A stretch of DNA of 64,000 nucleotides from Blastocystis sp. Blastoise (taxonomy: Eukaryota; Protista; Bigyra: Opalinata), in NCBI GenBank assembly GCA_039096225.1, contig JBBPEB010000022.1, positions 41,681-105,680 on the forward strand. Direction: 5' to 3'. Shown piece by piece: positions 48,297-62,413 of this stretch; the stretch's first letter is position 1, and each line of letters begins with the position of its first letter. Made by a program: the position numbers and the translations under genes. A model generated the notes under the pieces. It did no database searches. It was not told where the DNA came from and saw only the letters and a program-made list of their open reading frames with translations.

Positions 48297-50406
48297 TTAT
48301 GAGCCAAATAAATAGTTTAAATATCTGCATATTAAATTATAAATATCTTCAAATATTTTTTCAGGTACAAAAATGGATTTATATATTTTAAAAACTTTAA
48401 ATAAATGTACAATAAAGATTAATGATGCAATCATTAAGAAGAATGTAATATAAGTAATAACAACAGGATAACTAATACGAACAGGTTTTGTTTGAAGTAA
48501 TATATTATCTTTAGTATCTTCTACACTATATACTTCTATTTCTTCAAGTAATAAGAAATAATGATTTGATTTTTTATATTCATCAAAATAACTTGTCGAA
48601 ATAGTATCTAATGTTGATTTTGATAAATTATTTGTTTTTATATAATTATCATTATTATTATCATTATTATTATCTTTTTTATTAATAAATGTAGTAACTC
48701 TTCGTTTATATATAGAGAAAGAAGAAGTTAATTTTCCTTTTAATGTATTTAAACTATCATCTTCATCTTCTAAAGAGATTGAATGAGGAATCATATGATT
48801 TGTACATGTGATTTCATAACCACAAGAAGCATCAAAGAATCCTTGTATATAATTCCCACGGGGATATATATTTTCTAATGGTTTATTGGGAATAGTTAGT
48901 GGTATTAATGGAGAAGAAGAAGAAGATGAAGATGATTGAATAGTATTATTTATATTAGTATTTATTGGAGGTATACAAGGTTGAATAATAGTAGAAGATA
49001 TAGAAGTAGTAGATGATGATAATGGTATAGATAAATTATTATTATTATAACCAGTATTATTCTTATTATTATTAAATAGAGGAATACTATGTTGTTTCAT
49101 TACATCGCCTATATTAGTATTATATACAGAAGAGGATGATGAAGATAGAATAGGAGGAGAATTAGAATTTTGATTTATTGAATTTGATATAAGTAGAGTA
49201 GAAGAAGGAATAGAAAGAGAATCATTAGGAACAGAAGGAATAGGTGAATTAGAATGAGATATATTAGGTAAAATAGTGAATTCATTTTGAGAGGTTGAGA
49301 GAGAAGATGATGATAATAAAGAATTTATATTATCCTTTTCTGTTACTGAAGAAGAAATAATAGTATCATTTGATTTGTTATTTGTATCTATTTGAGTATT
49401 TACTTGTGAATTATGTATATCAATATCAGAATATAATTCTTGATTATTTAATTCATTATAATTATTCTGATTCTTTATATGATTAGTATATTTTAAAGTA
49501 TCGATATCAGTAATATTTTGATTCATATCAATTATATCATTTATAATAACAGAGGAATGTTTACTATGTTTAATAGTAAACTCTATATTCTCATTAGAAT
49601 CATGTATAGAATCATTTGAAGAAGATGGATTGAACAACTTATTACTATCAGTATTAGTATTAACAAATATTTGTGGTTGGAGAGACGACGATGGAACTGT
49701 AGTAGTTGAAGAAGAAGATATATTATTAGTAGGAGGAGGAGAAATAGAAGAGATTAAATGATTAGAAGAAGATATATTATTAGTAGGAGAAGATATAGAA
49801 TGATTAGAAGAAGATATAGAATGATTAGAAGAAGATATAAAATGATTAGAAGAAGATATGGAATGATTAGAAGATTGAGAAGGAGACAGAGGTGGTAAAT
49901 GAGATAAACATGAAATAGATAAATCATTTGAATATACAGGAGAAAGAGGAGATTGAGGTAATTCTGATAATGATGTTGTAGATATTGTATTTGATATTAA
50001 ATTATTGTTTATATTATTATATTCTTTAGTATTTTCTTGTGAAAGTTTATTTGAATGGAATGAAGGTATAATATTTTTATGATTAGCTGAGATATTCATA
50101 TTATTATCTTTTGTATTTGTGTTTTTATTATCCTTAATTTCATTACTCAATTTAGATTGTTTAATAATATTCTTATTATTCTTATCATATTTATCATTTT
50201 TATTTTGTTCATCTTCTGGTTTATAAGGAATAATATCAAAAATAATATGATTATTATCTGTTCCAAATAAAGGTCCTTTATTCTTATTATATAATGTGGA
50301 TATAGAGAATAGATTTGATTTATATCTACAAGGAGAAGGAATAGAAGGATGCTGTAATATATAGAAATAAGCATCTGTATCAGGATAACCATAAGTACCA
50401 TCTATA

Positions 50407-50467
<61 letters not shown>

Positions 50468-52025
50468 ATTATGATTATAATTATGATTATAATTATAAAT
50501 AAACGATAAATGAAACAATATTTATTTAGAATTATATATTTTTAAATATATATATAAATGAGTATAGTATACTATAAAATATTATTATGAATAATAATAT
50601 GATAATAATAATATATCTATATATACTTTGAAAGAATGATAAATATTCAACCCATGAATCACATCTGCTTCCTCCAAATATATAACTATTTCCTAATTTA
50701 TCTTTACATTTCACAAGAATAACTTTTCGTTGAATAGAACCACAAATATCCTGATAAGAAGTTGTATTAAATTTTAATCCAGATCGTCTATAGAAAGATA
50801 GTAAATTTATATATATTTATATATATAATAATTATTTATATAGAATAATTATTTATATATATTTTATTTATTTAAAAAATATATATTATACAAATAATAA
50901 AACTATAATAAATAAATAATAATAATAAATAACAAAAACATATATACTTATAGAGAAGCCTAGGTTGTGAGTGTATTCCAATAATATCAGTAAATTGATC
51001 TTTTAATAATGGTGTTACTAATATATCAGACCCCTCATAAGGTTCATATATATCTTTATATGATGTTAATATACTTAATGGAGAATGTATATACATCTTT
51101 GAATAACGTTTATTATAATGATATCCAGCTAAAGCATTAAATTTAAATCCTTGTTTATAAGTACTAAAAGAAGAACCAGTATCATTTTTTGAATTATTAA
51201 ATGTATTTGAAAATGGTGAATATTGTGATAATTGATGAAATGAATTAATTGTCCTCATTCCTGGATGAATAGAAGTAGGTATAGATAAAGGAAGACCTGA
51301 AAAAGTAGAAGTAACATTATTTTTATTTTGATTATAATAATTATTATTTTTATAATTTATAGAATTAGAAACACTAAAAGAAAGATCACTTGATGTTGAG
51401 AGTGTAGATATATCTTTTGATATAGATAATTCTGTTTGTTTAAATATAGAATGATGAGGAATATAATTAGTAGTACTAGTAGTAGTAGATGAAGAAGAAG
51501 AAGTTGAAGGAGTTATAATATTGGTTGTATATTCTTGTTCTAATTCATCTATCTATATATATAGTTATATAAAAAATTATATTAAGTTTATTCTAATTAT
51601 ATATATATACTTGTCTAAAACACTCTTTTATATTTTGAATTCGTTCATAAATAATTGGAAACTAAAAAAAAGTTTATAATAATATTATAATAAATTAATT
51701 AATAAAAATATTATATATATAAACATATATATACTTCTAATAATTGTTCAGCATTATATTGTAATACATAATCAGAATTTAATAATAATCGTATTAAAAC
51801 CATAATATCAGGGTCTGTTAAAGTAGGTCTGAGAAATGTATACATTTCACCTGTATATATAGTTTGTAACATCTATATATTATGAATAGAATAAATAGAA
51901 TAAATAGAATAAATAGAATAAATAGAATAAATAGAATAAATAGAATAAATAGAATAAATAGACATATATATAATAAATATAATAAATATAATAAAAAAAT
52001 ATATATATAATAAATAGAATAAATA

Positions 52026-52062
<37 letters not shown>

Positions 52063-52830
52063 GGAGTATCATCTGAAGTGAATGGATTACTACCATTTAA
52101 TAACGTTAATAAAGTAATACCTAATGACCATATATCTGACTTTATATATATATTAATAGTTATTATTATTAATTAATATATATTATAAATAAATTAAATA
52201 CTTTAATATATAATAATAACAACTATTATAATAAAACTAATAATTATTATAAACATCATAATAATAAAAATAATAATAATAAATAAATAAATGTAATAAT
52301 AATAATAAATATAATCTATATAAACCTTTTCATCATTCATTCTACTTCCACTTAATACATAAGGTGATTTATATTTCTTTTGAGAATCTATTTGTTGAAA
52401 AGGATTCGATTCTATCCATTCCTTCTTTAAACATGAATCTAAATCACCTATATATATATATAAGAAAAATATAAAATTATAAATTATATACCAATTTTTA
52501 TTGTTCCTTTATATGTAATAAAAATATTACTTGGACATATATCCTATATATAAATATAAATATAAATATCCTATATATATAATAAACAATTATTATAATA
52601 AAAAAAAAACTTATAATTAAAAAAATATATATATTATATAAAAAATATATATATTATAATAAAAATTATATATACATTATGAATAATTCCTGCTTTATGA
52701 AGATCATATAATCCCCATAAAACACAAGTTGCAATTTCAATTATAATTTCTCTTGTAATTTTTTTATTATCTTCTTTCTTTAATAGAAATTGATCTCTTA
52801 AAGATCTTCCATTACAATATTCAAGAACAA

Positions 52831-52877
<47 letters not shown>

Positions 52878-53233
52878 TAATGAATATCATTTTTAATATT
52901 TATAATGAAAAAAACATATAATATTATAATAATTAATAAATAAATACATAATCAACACCTTTATAAGTAATTTGATCATAATATTGAATGACAAATGGAC
53001 TATGAAAGTCTTTAAAGATTGTTAATTTTCTTTTCATAGCTTCATTCTGTTCTTCACGCTTTTTCGTATATGTCTTAAATACGTAAGTCTCACCAGTTTG
53101 ACGGTCACGACCCAAATAGACTGATCCTTGTCCACTAATGTACTTGTAATCAAATAGTAGTAGCTATATATATATATACCCTTCAGCAAATGGTTCAGGA
53201 TCAATTTGATATCTACTTTCAGAATTCATTCAT
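48297..53233 (-). CDS. Divergent STE/NEK-like protein kinase-fold protein with long Ser/Asn-rich region and C-terminal TM helix
   Basis: FAEGGQGSVYLG, YVFK, VVLEYCNGRSL, IIHNDICPSNIFI, IKIGDLD and SDIWSLGITL. TM segment VVITYITFFLMIASLIFIVHLF. Confidence 0.8.
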
Positions 53234-53542
53234 AGATAGAATAAAATTGTTAATTTTTTTTCTTATTTTGTAAATAGAATTTCTTTTATTGTTCTTATTT
53301 TTATAAAATATTAATTATAAATTTTATTTAACTTTTTCATCATGAATAAAACATTAAATGAAAACTAATTACGTTTTAAAAATATAGAGATAAATTTATT
53401 CGAAAATGTGGTGTTAAAAAACACCTGTTATTTTATTTTTTAATTTTTATAATAATGCAATAGAATACTATTTAGAATATAATAATATTATTATTTGAAT
53501 AGATATATTATATATTGTTAGAAATCAATAATGATATTGTCT

Positions 53543-53953
53543 TTAATAAGCTTGAGAAGGATCCATTTCATCATCCTTTTCATCTTCACCCTTCTTATCG
53601 GGAAGAAGAGAAGGATTAATATTAGGAAGAACACCACCAGAAGCAATGGTGACTTTACCAAGAAGTTGGTTTAATTCTTCATCATTACGAACAGCAAGTT
53701 GAATATGACGAGGAACAATACGGTTCTTCTTGTTATCCTTAGCAGCGTTACCAGCTAATTCGAGAATTTCAGCAGTTAAATATTCAAGAACAGCAGCAAG
53801 ATAGACGGGAGCACCAGCACCAACACGATCAGCTACCTTAGCATCACGAATATAACGAGCAATACGACCAACAGGGAAGGATAAACCAGCACGAGTAGAT
53901 CTACTTATAGTTTTTTCTCTATTACCACGACCACCTTTACCTTTACCAGCCAT
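53543..53953 (-). CDS. H2AX: Histone H2A with C-terminal SQ motif (H2A.X-type)
   Basis: [33 protein letters not shown], and C-terminus DPSQAY. Intronless. Confidence 0.97.
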   Translation of the reverse strand: MAGKGKGGRGNREKTISRSTRAGLSFPVGRIARYIRDAKVADRVGAGAPVYLAAVLEYLTAEILELAGNAAKDNKKNRIVPRHIQLAVRNDEELNQLLGKVTIASGGVLPNINPSLLPDKKGEDEKDDEMDPSQAY

Positions 53954-54466
53954 TTTAAGTTTTAAAAAAAGTATATAACAAATAAAATTTATAAATTAGT
54001 TGTTATTTAAAATAAACATAGGAATTTCTAGTTGATATTCTCTTCACATTTATGGATCATTTCTAAATAAGTTTTAGAGAAATAGAAAAGAATTATCCAA
54101 TGAAATGAATAATAAACTTAGAAATTGACTTTTGTTTTAAAGAAGTGGATTTTGTTTTGATTGGTTGAACGAGAATTATCCATTGAATTGGTTTATTTCA
54201 GATTTAAACCAATAGAATAAAGAATACAAAAACGACTTTCATGATATCGATGAAGCGCCATATTTGAGAAAATTGCCACCAAAACACAGTCTAGAAGGGA
54301 AAACAGGCTTTCTTTTTGTTTTTATCATTTTATCTTTTTTTTGAATAAAAACAAAGTATGTATTAATTTAAATTCTATTTGCATATGTTCATGATGGATA
54401 GCTATATAATAATTTAGACTATAAAATTTCATCTATAACTAAATATCTCTATATCATCTAGACTTC
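53954..54466. promoter_or_regulatory. Bidirectional histone H2A/H2B promoter
   Basis: Lies between a divergent histone pair and contains several CCAAT/ATTGG boxes (about 54097, 54160, 54187, 54209). Confidence 0.6.
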
Positions 54467-54829
54467 ATGGCTAAAACTCCAAGTAAGAGTGCCAAGGGTA
54501 CTAAAAAGAAGGGTGACGTTCCCCATCGTAAGAGAAGAAGAGCCGAAACTTACTCTTCTTACATCTATCGTGTTTTAAAACAAATTCATCGTGAAGTTGG
54601 TATTAGTAAACGTGCTATGTCTATTATGAATTCTTTTGTAACTGATACTTTTGAAAGATTAGCTGATGAAGCTATTAATCTTGCTCGTTATAACAACAAA
54701 GCTACTTTAACTGGTAATGAAATTCAAACTGCTGTTCATCTTTTATTACCTGGTGAACTTTCTAAGCATGCTATGTCTGAAGGTTCTAAGGCTGTTTCTA
54801 AGTATTCTGTTCCTGGTAAAGCTCAGTAA
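54467..54829 (+). CDS. H2B: Histone H2B
   Basis: [29 protein letters not shown] and [22 protein letters not shown]. Intronless. Confidence 0.98.
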   Translation: MAKTPSKSAKGTKKKGDVPHRKRRRAETYSSYIYRVLKQIHREVGISKRAMSIMNSFVTDTFERLADEAINLARYNNKATLTGNEIQTAVHLLLPGELSKHAMSEGSKAVSKYSVPGKAQ

Positions 54830-55077
54830 ATATAGTAGTCTTCATAATAAATAAATAATATAATATTGGTTAAAACTTCTTTAAAAAAAATTGTCTTTTT
54901 TTTTTTAAATTTTAATTTACTATTATCTTCGCTTAAAGCATTATATATGTATCTTAAACAATTTATTTTGTAACATTTAGTTCTTTTTTAACAAACAAAT
55001 CATTTTGGTTGTCTTTTTTTTTTATTTAATTATATATATAATACATATTCATACACTATGGACATTTTTTCAGGTTT

Positions 55078-55290
55078 CTGTCAAAAGGTCCAACGACTTT
55101 TTTGTTTTGGTTTCCCCAGTGGTGAGCAGTGAAAATTTTTAAATATGTAGCTGACAAAAGGTTATTTGATTTTTCTGTTTGGTTTCCCCAGTGGTGGAGC
55201 AGTGAAAAAATTTTAAAGGGTAGCTGACAAAAGGTCCAACGACTTTTTTGCTTTGGTTTCCCCAGTGGTGAGCAGTGAAATTTTTTGTCA
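55078..55290 (+). repeat. Three copies of a 73-bp tandem (subterminal) repeat
   Basis: Units CTG(T/A)CAAAAGGT...TTTGGTTTCCCCAGTGGTG(G)AGCAGTGAAA start at 55078, 55151 and 55224. Confidence 0.92.
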
Positions 55291-55842
55291 GAGTTTCAGT
55301 GATTTTATAAAATCGAAAAGCAGTGCAAAAGTATGACGCACCTTAAAACAATAATTGGCGAATAAAAATGGTTTTAAATATTCTCTATTTTTTCATTTAT
55401 TGGCTTTTTTTATTCTTTTTGTGGTGTAATAATAAACGATATAACAAAACAAACAAATTAAATATTATCAAATAATCATAAAAACAAATAATAGAAAACA
55501 ATAATAATAAATATATAAAAAAAAGATAATAAAACATATAATAAATAATATAATAAAATATATATAATATTTAATTTATAATATTTCAACCAGGACAGTT
55601 TCAGTCTTTAATTTGCATTTAAGCCTAACCAACCTATATAAAGAGATGATATTAGTTAAGTATTACTAATAATAATATATATATAACATTTTAAAATAAT
55701 AATAAAATAAAAAATATATACCTTTTCTTAAGTCATTACAAGAACAGGCAAGGAATCAAAGACAAAGAACCATCCTATAAAAGATATATGATAAATAGTA
55801 TAATGAATAAAAAGAATATAATTAAATATATATATATACTTT

Positions 55843-56292
55843 TTATAAACCATTCTCCAATTGGCCAACAACGACAGCAACAGAACTTATGGAAACCTAT
55901 ATAAAGATAGAGTGAGTTGTAGAATATAATAATATATGATATAATAAAATAATATAGAATAATAAAATATAAATATATACATTACTCCTATATAAATATA
56001 AAGTGGGGTTAGTTATATAATATGTAATAGATAATATAGATATATATGTACCTTTTATTCATGTTGATTCCCTTCATTCTAGACCTAAAGCACGCATAAC
56101 TATAAAAATAATTAGAAAAAGAAATATATATATATATACCTATAAGAGAACCATAACCACACACAAGAAGGAGCAGAACACTTAAGGAGACCAGGAATAG
56201 CCACAGCAAGAAGCAGAGACAGCTACTATAGAAAATGAATGAATAGAGTAGAAAAAATAAAATATAAAGAAACAGCAAACACCTACCATCAT
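55843..56292 (-). CDS. Putative micro-exon gene for a ~65-aa secreted-type peptide, with two more spliced exons downstream to ~55580
   Basis: Splicing by eye (including a 6-nt coding start and the 7-nt exon GAGTAAT) gives MMLSLLLAVAIPGLLKCSAPSCVWLWFSYSYACFRSRMKGINMNKRSNVSISSVAVVVGQLENGL*. Confidence 0.35.
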
Positions 56293-58150
56293 AATAGTAT
56301 CATATGATATGAAATAAAGTAATAATTTAATAATACATCATTATAATGATATAAGATATAATAAAATAAATATGTGATAAGTCATGTAGGATTTTGTTTT
56401 GTTATAAAAGGGTGTAATAGGAATTTAGAAGATATAGCTGAAATAATGAAAATAAACATGAATAATCTCATATCTACTAAATATAGAGAATCTTCATCAT
56501 AAATAAAATGAATGGTTAAGAATAAAAGAGAAAGAGAAATTTTATTTCTATGAGGAAAATGGATATTGTTATTGTTATTTTCAATTTATCCTAATTATTA
56601 TTAATACTATAAAAAATGTTTTATTTTAAAGAATTATATATTTATTTATCATTATAATGTTTTATAATTAGTTTAGACGACAGAAGAGTCATTTTTATAG
56701 TTAATTATCAAAATTATTCTTAGTATCACTTTGTAAGTATAACTTATTTTTTAAATAAATATAGGCTATAATACAGACTTATAGAGAAGACCCTGAGACT
56801 TCTAATCCCAAAATAAAAGTGATTTATATAATTCAGAATGATTGTCTGAATCTTCATTTAAAGTATTAATTTGAGTCACATACTTTCAATAAAATGATTA
56901 AATAAAGAGAAAGATGATAAAAAAGGTCTAGAGTCAAAATTGTTATGAAATATTATCTTTTTAATCTATTTGTGTAGATTTTCTATTATTTTATTATCAT
57001 AATATGACTGAAAGAGAGAAGAAAAAACATTTTAAAAGTCAATTAAGTCAACAATTGTAATCAAGTAAAAGTCTTTTAAAACCTCTTCATAAACTCAAAA
57101 CGTATAGAGTAAGTGTTTTCCAGTTAAAATAATGTTTATTCGTTACAATAATATCAAAAACAAATCAAATTATTATTTTATAATTACTCAAGAACAACTT
57201 TTTCTATCAACTAAGGACTCATAGCTATCAAATATGCATATGAATAAACAAAAATAATATTTTGTATATTTTTAATTGAAAAGTCAGAGTCGTGTTGATA
57301 GTTTATTATAAAACAAATGCAAAAATCACTTTTTTATCAAAAAAATGTTTAATCTCGATTTATCGTTATATTCATGATTTATTTATTGTCTACTTACCGT
57401 GTTTAATCATCTTCAGTGATTTTTAGTGAAACTAAAATTATTTCAAATATATATTTTATTTTCAATAATAACAGAAACGTCTTATATTGCATATTTAGTG
57501 TCTAAATGAAGTTTAAAAGTCATGAAAGTGATATCAATTAATCAAAAATTATAAAATATAAAGAATCTCCATTTTTATGACTTGTCTTAAATCATGTTAA
57601 AGAGTAAATGAATGAATAGTTTCATTAGATCATCTGTATGATTTTAGTATTATTTTCAAAATATTTTGTTTTTTAACAAGAATAAATTCTTAATTTATTG
57701 TTTATCAAGTCAAAAATGTATTTAAATGATTTTTTTCTTGTGTAAAAGGATACACTGATCATATGAAAAAAAAATTGCACAGAATCTTTTGATAATATAT
57801 TTTTGAAAAATGATAATTATTTTTTTGAACTAAACTAATATTTTACGTATAAACATTATAAAATCTCTTGAATAATCTTTTGAGAAGATTCTTTGTTTGA
57901 TAATACACTTAATTAAGTAATTGAATGTTATTGTTGGAATCTTTTTGTATTGAATAAATTGTTTTGAATGCTTTCTTTGAATCATCTATATACAACTAAT
58001 ACATTTAATGATTAAATAAATACACATATAAAGAAAAAAATAGTAATTAACATAATTGATCTTCACCTCTCTGAATATATATTTTTTGAAAAATCTTATA
58101 CAATATGAATTATTAAAACCTATATATACATAAAATAGTTATATAATTGA

Positions 58151-58218
58151 CCTTAAGACAGGAATTGAACCTGTTTTCTATCATAAATTGATTGATACTT
58201 ACCAATTTAAGCTTAAGG
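58151..58218 (-). ncRNA. Atypical tRNA-like cloverleaf, copy 3
   Basis: Minus strand reads CCTTAAG-CTT(AAATTGGT)AAG-TATCAATC(AATTTAT)GATAGAAA-ACAGG(TTCAATT)CCTGT-CTTAAGG. Confidence 0.75.
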
Positions 58219-58523
58219 ATAATATAGAAGAAAAGTAATATAAATGGGATAGTAAAATAATACGAATAATAAGTCAGTATGATGTGTAAGAATATATTTA
58301 TATATGTATAAGAGAAAAAGGATGCTAAATATAGGAGGGAAAAAATGAAAAGAGAATAAATAGAGAAAAAATATAAAGTTAATGAGATAGGGTCTTTAAT
58401 TAATGAAATTAATAAAAAAGAATTAAAATAATAATATAGATAAATGAAAAAATATAAATATAGAGATCTATAATAGTAAGGTATGCTGAAGAGAAGAGGA
58501 TTAGAGGAGAAATGGGAAAAGCA

Positions 58524-58912
58524 TGAGGAAGAAGAAGAAGAAGAAGAAGAAGATGATGATGATGATGATGATGATGAAGAAGAAGAAGAATAATGTAGAA
58601 GATGATGATGATGATGAAGAAGAAGAAAAAGAAGAATATGTAAAAGAAGAAGAAGATGAAGAAGAATATGTAGAAGAAGAAGAAGAATATGTAGAAGAAG
58701 AAGAAGAATATGTAGAAGAAGAAGAAGAAGAAGAAGAAGAAGAAGAAGAAGAAGATGAAGAAGAATATGAAGAAGATGATGAAGAAGAAGAAGATGAAGA
58801 AGAAGAAGAAGAAGAAGAATATGTAGGAGAATATGTAGAAGATGATGATGATGAAGAAGAAGAAGAAGAAGGAGAATATGTAGAAGATGATGATGAAGAA
58901 GAAGAAGAAGAA

Positions 58913-58945
<33 letters not shown>

Positions 58946-59120
58946 GAAGAAGAATATGTAGAAGATGATGATGAAGAAGAAGAAGGAAATAATTATAACC
59001 AGAAGAAGATGGAGAATAAATAGAATAATAAGAAGATGCTTGTGAAGAAGAGATAAGGAAGAAGAAGAAGAAGAAGAAGAAGAAGATGAAGAAGATGAGA
59101 AGAAGAAGATGAAGAAGATA
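58524..59120 (+). repeat. (GAA)n/(GAT)n compound microsatellite with recurrent GAATATGTA
   Basis: Directly visible trinucleotide array. Confidence 0.9.
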
Positions 59121-60219
59121 ATATTGAGATGTATATGAAAAAAATAAGAGATAACAGAATAATATATAGAAAATGTAGAATAAAAATAATAAGATGAATA
59201 AGAAGAAGATAATGAAATGCAGATGAAGATGAAGAAAACGAAAAAGGAGATAAGAAAGAAGAATAAGAAGAAGGAAATGAATAAATACAAGAAGAAGATG
59301 AAGAATAAATAGATTAATGATAAGAAAGAACAAGAAGATTAAGGTGAGAGAGCTAAGAGGAAGAAGGTGAAGAAGAGACTAGAAAGAAGGTAAAAAATAA
59401 AAAGAAAAGTAAGATAAAGAATAGGAAGAAGATGAACAAGAAGAGAAAGAAGAATGAACAAGAAACATATATTGAGATGCAGAAAAATAAAAATAAATAT
59501 AAAGAAATAGATCGATAGATAGATAGATAGATATATAGATAGACAGAAGGAGATAGAGATGGAATAGAGAGAAAGAGAAATACAAAGATAAAAATAGATA
59601 GATAGATAGATAGATGAATAGAAAGAAAGAAGAAAAGAGAGACATAAAGAAGAAATTAGATAGAAAGAGATAGAATTCTATATAGAATGAGAGATATACA
59701 AAAGAAATCAAATGAAATAGAGAATAAGATAAAAATAGATACAAGAATAAAGATAAAAAGAGAAATAGAGGAGTAGGGAAGGTGTATAAAAAAGAAAGAA
59801 TATAAAGATAGGTAGAGAGGAATTGAGAAGGATAGAGAAGGAGGAGGAAAACAGATAGAATTGGAAGACGAAGAAAAGAAGATGAGACGAAGAAGGGAGA
59901 AAAAAGGAGCAGGAAGTGAATATCAAGAAAGATAAATTTATATAGAAAAAAATTAGAAAGAAAAATACATACAAAGAAAACGATAGGGAATGATAGAGAG
60001 AATTATAATTTGAATGACATAGAGAGAAGGAGAGACAAAGCAAGATAAAGAAGTATAATAGAAAAAACAAAGAAGAAAAAAAAGAAGAATAAAAAAAGAA
60101 AAGATAGAACAATAGTATATGAGAGAAGAAAGAGACAGAAAGAAAACGGGAAATAGGGTAGAGACATAGAAGGTAATAAAATATATAGAAGGGGAGAGGG
60201 GATTGAGATAAATAAATAA

Positions 60220-60332
<113 letters not shown>

Positions 60333-62382
60333 GATAGAAGAATACCGAAAGATATAGAGAAGGAGATAAATATTAATAAAAAGGAAAATATGGATAGAGA
60401 GGAGATAGAATCAAACAGAGAAGGAGAAGTAGATAAAAGTCGTTGAGAGAAGAGAGAAGTAGATTAAAATAAAAACAAATAGCAAGAGTTAAAAGGAAGA
60501 AGGGAAGAATATAGAATGATTTGAAGAATGAGATGTATATAGAAGTGAATAGAAGGAAATAGAGAAGGAGAAGTAGATAGAAAAGATTAAAAATAGAAGG
60601 AGATAGAAAGATAAGAGAATGATATAGATACAATAGAATGAGATAGAGAAGATAAAGTAGATAGAAATGGATAGAAATAAGAAAAATAAATAGGATAAGA
60701 GAGAAAGAGAGATAAAAGGATATAAAAGGATATAGAAGGAGAGAAAGCGGATTGAGATGTAGTAAGATGGAAGGATGTAGATGGAAATAGAGAAGTAGAT
60801 AGAAGATGATGGAGAATAAAGAGGAGATAGAAGAGGAGATAGAAGGAGAAAAAGAAGAAGAGGAAGTAAATTAAGTTAGAAGGAGATATAATAAGATAGA
60901 GAAGTAGATATACGTAGATATAAGGAAATATACGAAGATATAAGTAGATAAGAGAAAATAGAAGGAAATAGAGAATGAGATTGAGACACATAAATGAGGT
61001 AGAATGAGATAGATAAGGATAGAGAAATATGAAGAGAAATATAGGAATACAGAGAGATAGAATGATGTTGAAAGAGAAAGAAAAGGAAAGACTGAAGATT
61101 GAGACAGAAGGAGTAGCTGAGATAAAAGGAAGATAGAGAAGGAAATTGAAAGATGAAGGAAGAAGGAGAGAAGATGAAAGAAGAAGAATATAGAAGAAGA
61201 TAGAGAATGAGATAATAGGGATAGAAAGAGAAAAATAGGAAAAAAGATGGTTAGAAGAAAATAGAAAAGGAGAAAGAAGGAGAGATAGAAGGAGAAATAG
61301 AAGGATATAAAAGAGATTAAGAAAGAAGTTAGAGACAAGAAGATATAGATATATAGAAAGAAATAAAAGGATTAAATAGAAGATTAATAGGAAATAAATA
61401 GGAGACAAATAGAAGATTAAGATAGAAGAAAAGAGACAAAATAGAAGTAGATATAACAATATAGAGAATGAAAGGATAGAAATAAAAATAGAAAATAGAT
61501 AACTAGAACATAAGAATATATAATAATAGAGAGAAGGAGAGAGAGAAGAAAAAGTAGATATAAAGTGGAAAAGGAGACATAGAAGGAAATATAAAAGGAA
61601 ACAAGAAGGTAGAAAGAGACATATAAGATAAAATAGACAGGGACAGAGAGAAATAAATGGAAAAAGAATAAGGATAAAGATGGATACGAGAATAGAGAGG
61701 GAGAGAAGGAAGATTGAGATAGAATTATACAGAAAGAGGAGAGAAGGAAGATAAAGAAGGAAAATAGGGCAGTAAAAAAAAGGGAATCAGAAGGAGGAGA
61801 GAAGAAGTATGAGAAGAATAGAAAGAAGGAAGAGGAGGAAGGCAAATAATAGAAGAGAACTATATATATAATAAATAGTGATATAAATATAAATAAGAAG
61901 ATGAAGATCTGAAAAAAGCAAAGAATTATATGGAGAAGAAGAAGAAGAAGAAGAGGAAGAGGAAGAAAAGGAGGGTATACACTAATACATGTCGAGGAAA
62001 AAGAAGTATAGAATAAGGAGAAGAGGATAACAGGATAAAAGAAAAAGACATAACGAAATACAATGTAAATAGAATAGTGATTAAGAAAGAGTAATGAAAG
62101 AGTGATATAAAAGGGAAGCGAAGATAAGAGAGAGGTATAATTAAAAAAAAGAAAAATAAAGGAATTTAGATAGAAGAAAAAATAAAAGAAAAATGAAGAT
62201 CTGAGGAAGATAATGAATCAAAGGGAGAGACAAGGATATAGGCTGGAGACAAGGCATAGGAAGAAGTAATAAAGAAAGAAGATGAAGAAATAAGGAGATA
62301 AAAGTGTAGAAGGAAGAAAATGAAGAAGAGAGAAGAAGGAATCATTTTGTGTAAGAAGAAGAAATAAAGAAGAACTAGATAA

Positions 62383-62413
<31 letters not shown>

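Noticed and set aside
55078-55290. CRISPR-like appearance of the repeats
   Set aside because: Eukaryotic context, the intervening sequences are themselves repeated, and there are no cas genes. It is a 73-bp tandem repeat.
58523-59023. 166-aa Glu/Asp-rich ORF, and overlapping minus-strand Leu/Phe/His ORFs across 58113-61845
   Set aside because: These are translations of GAA/GAT microsatellite and skewed sequence that lacks stops by composition. Frames shift within the repeat and no domain is evident.
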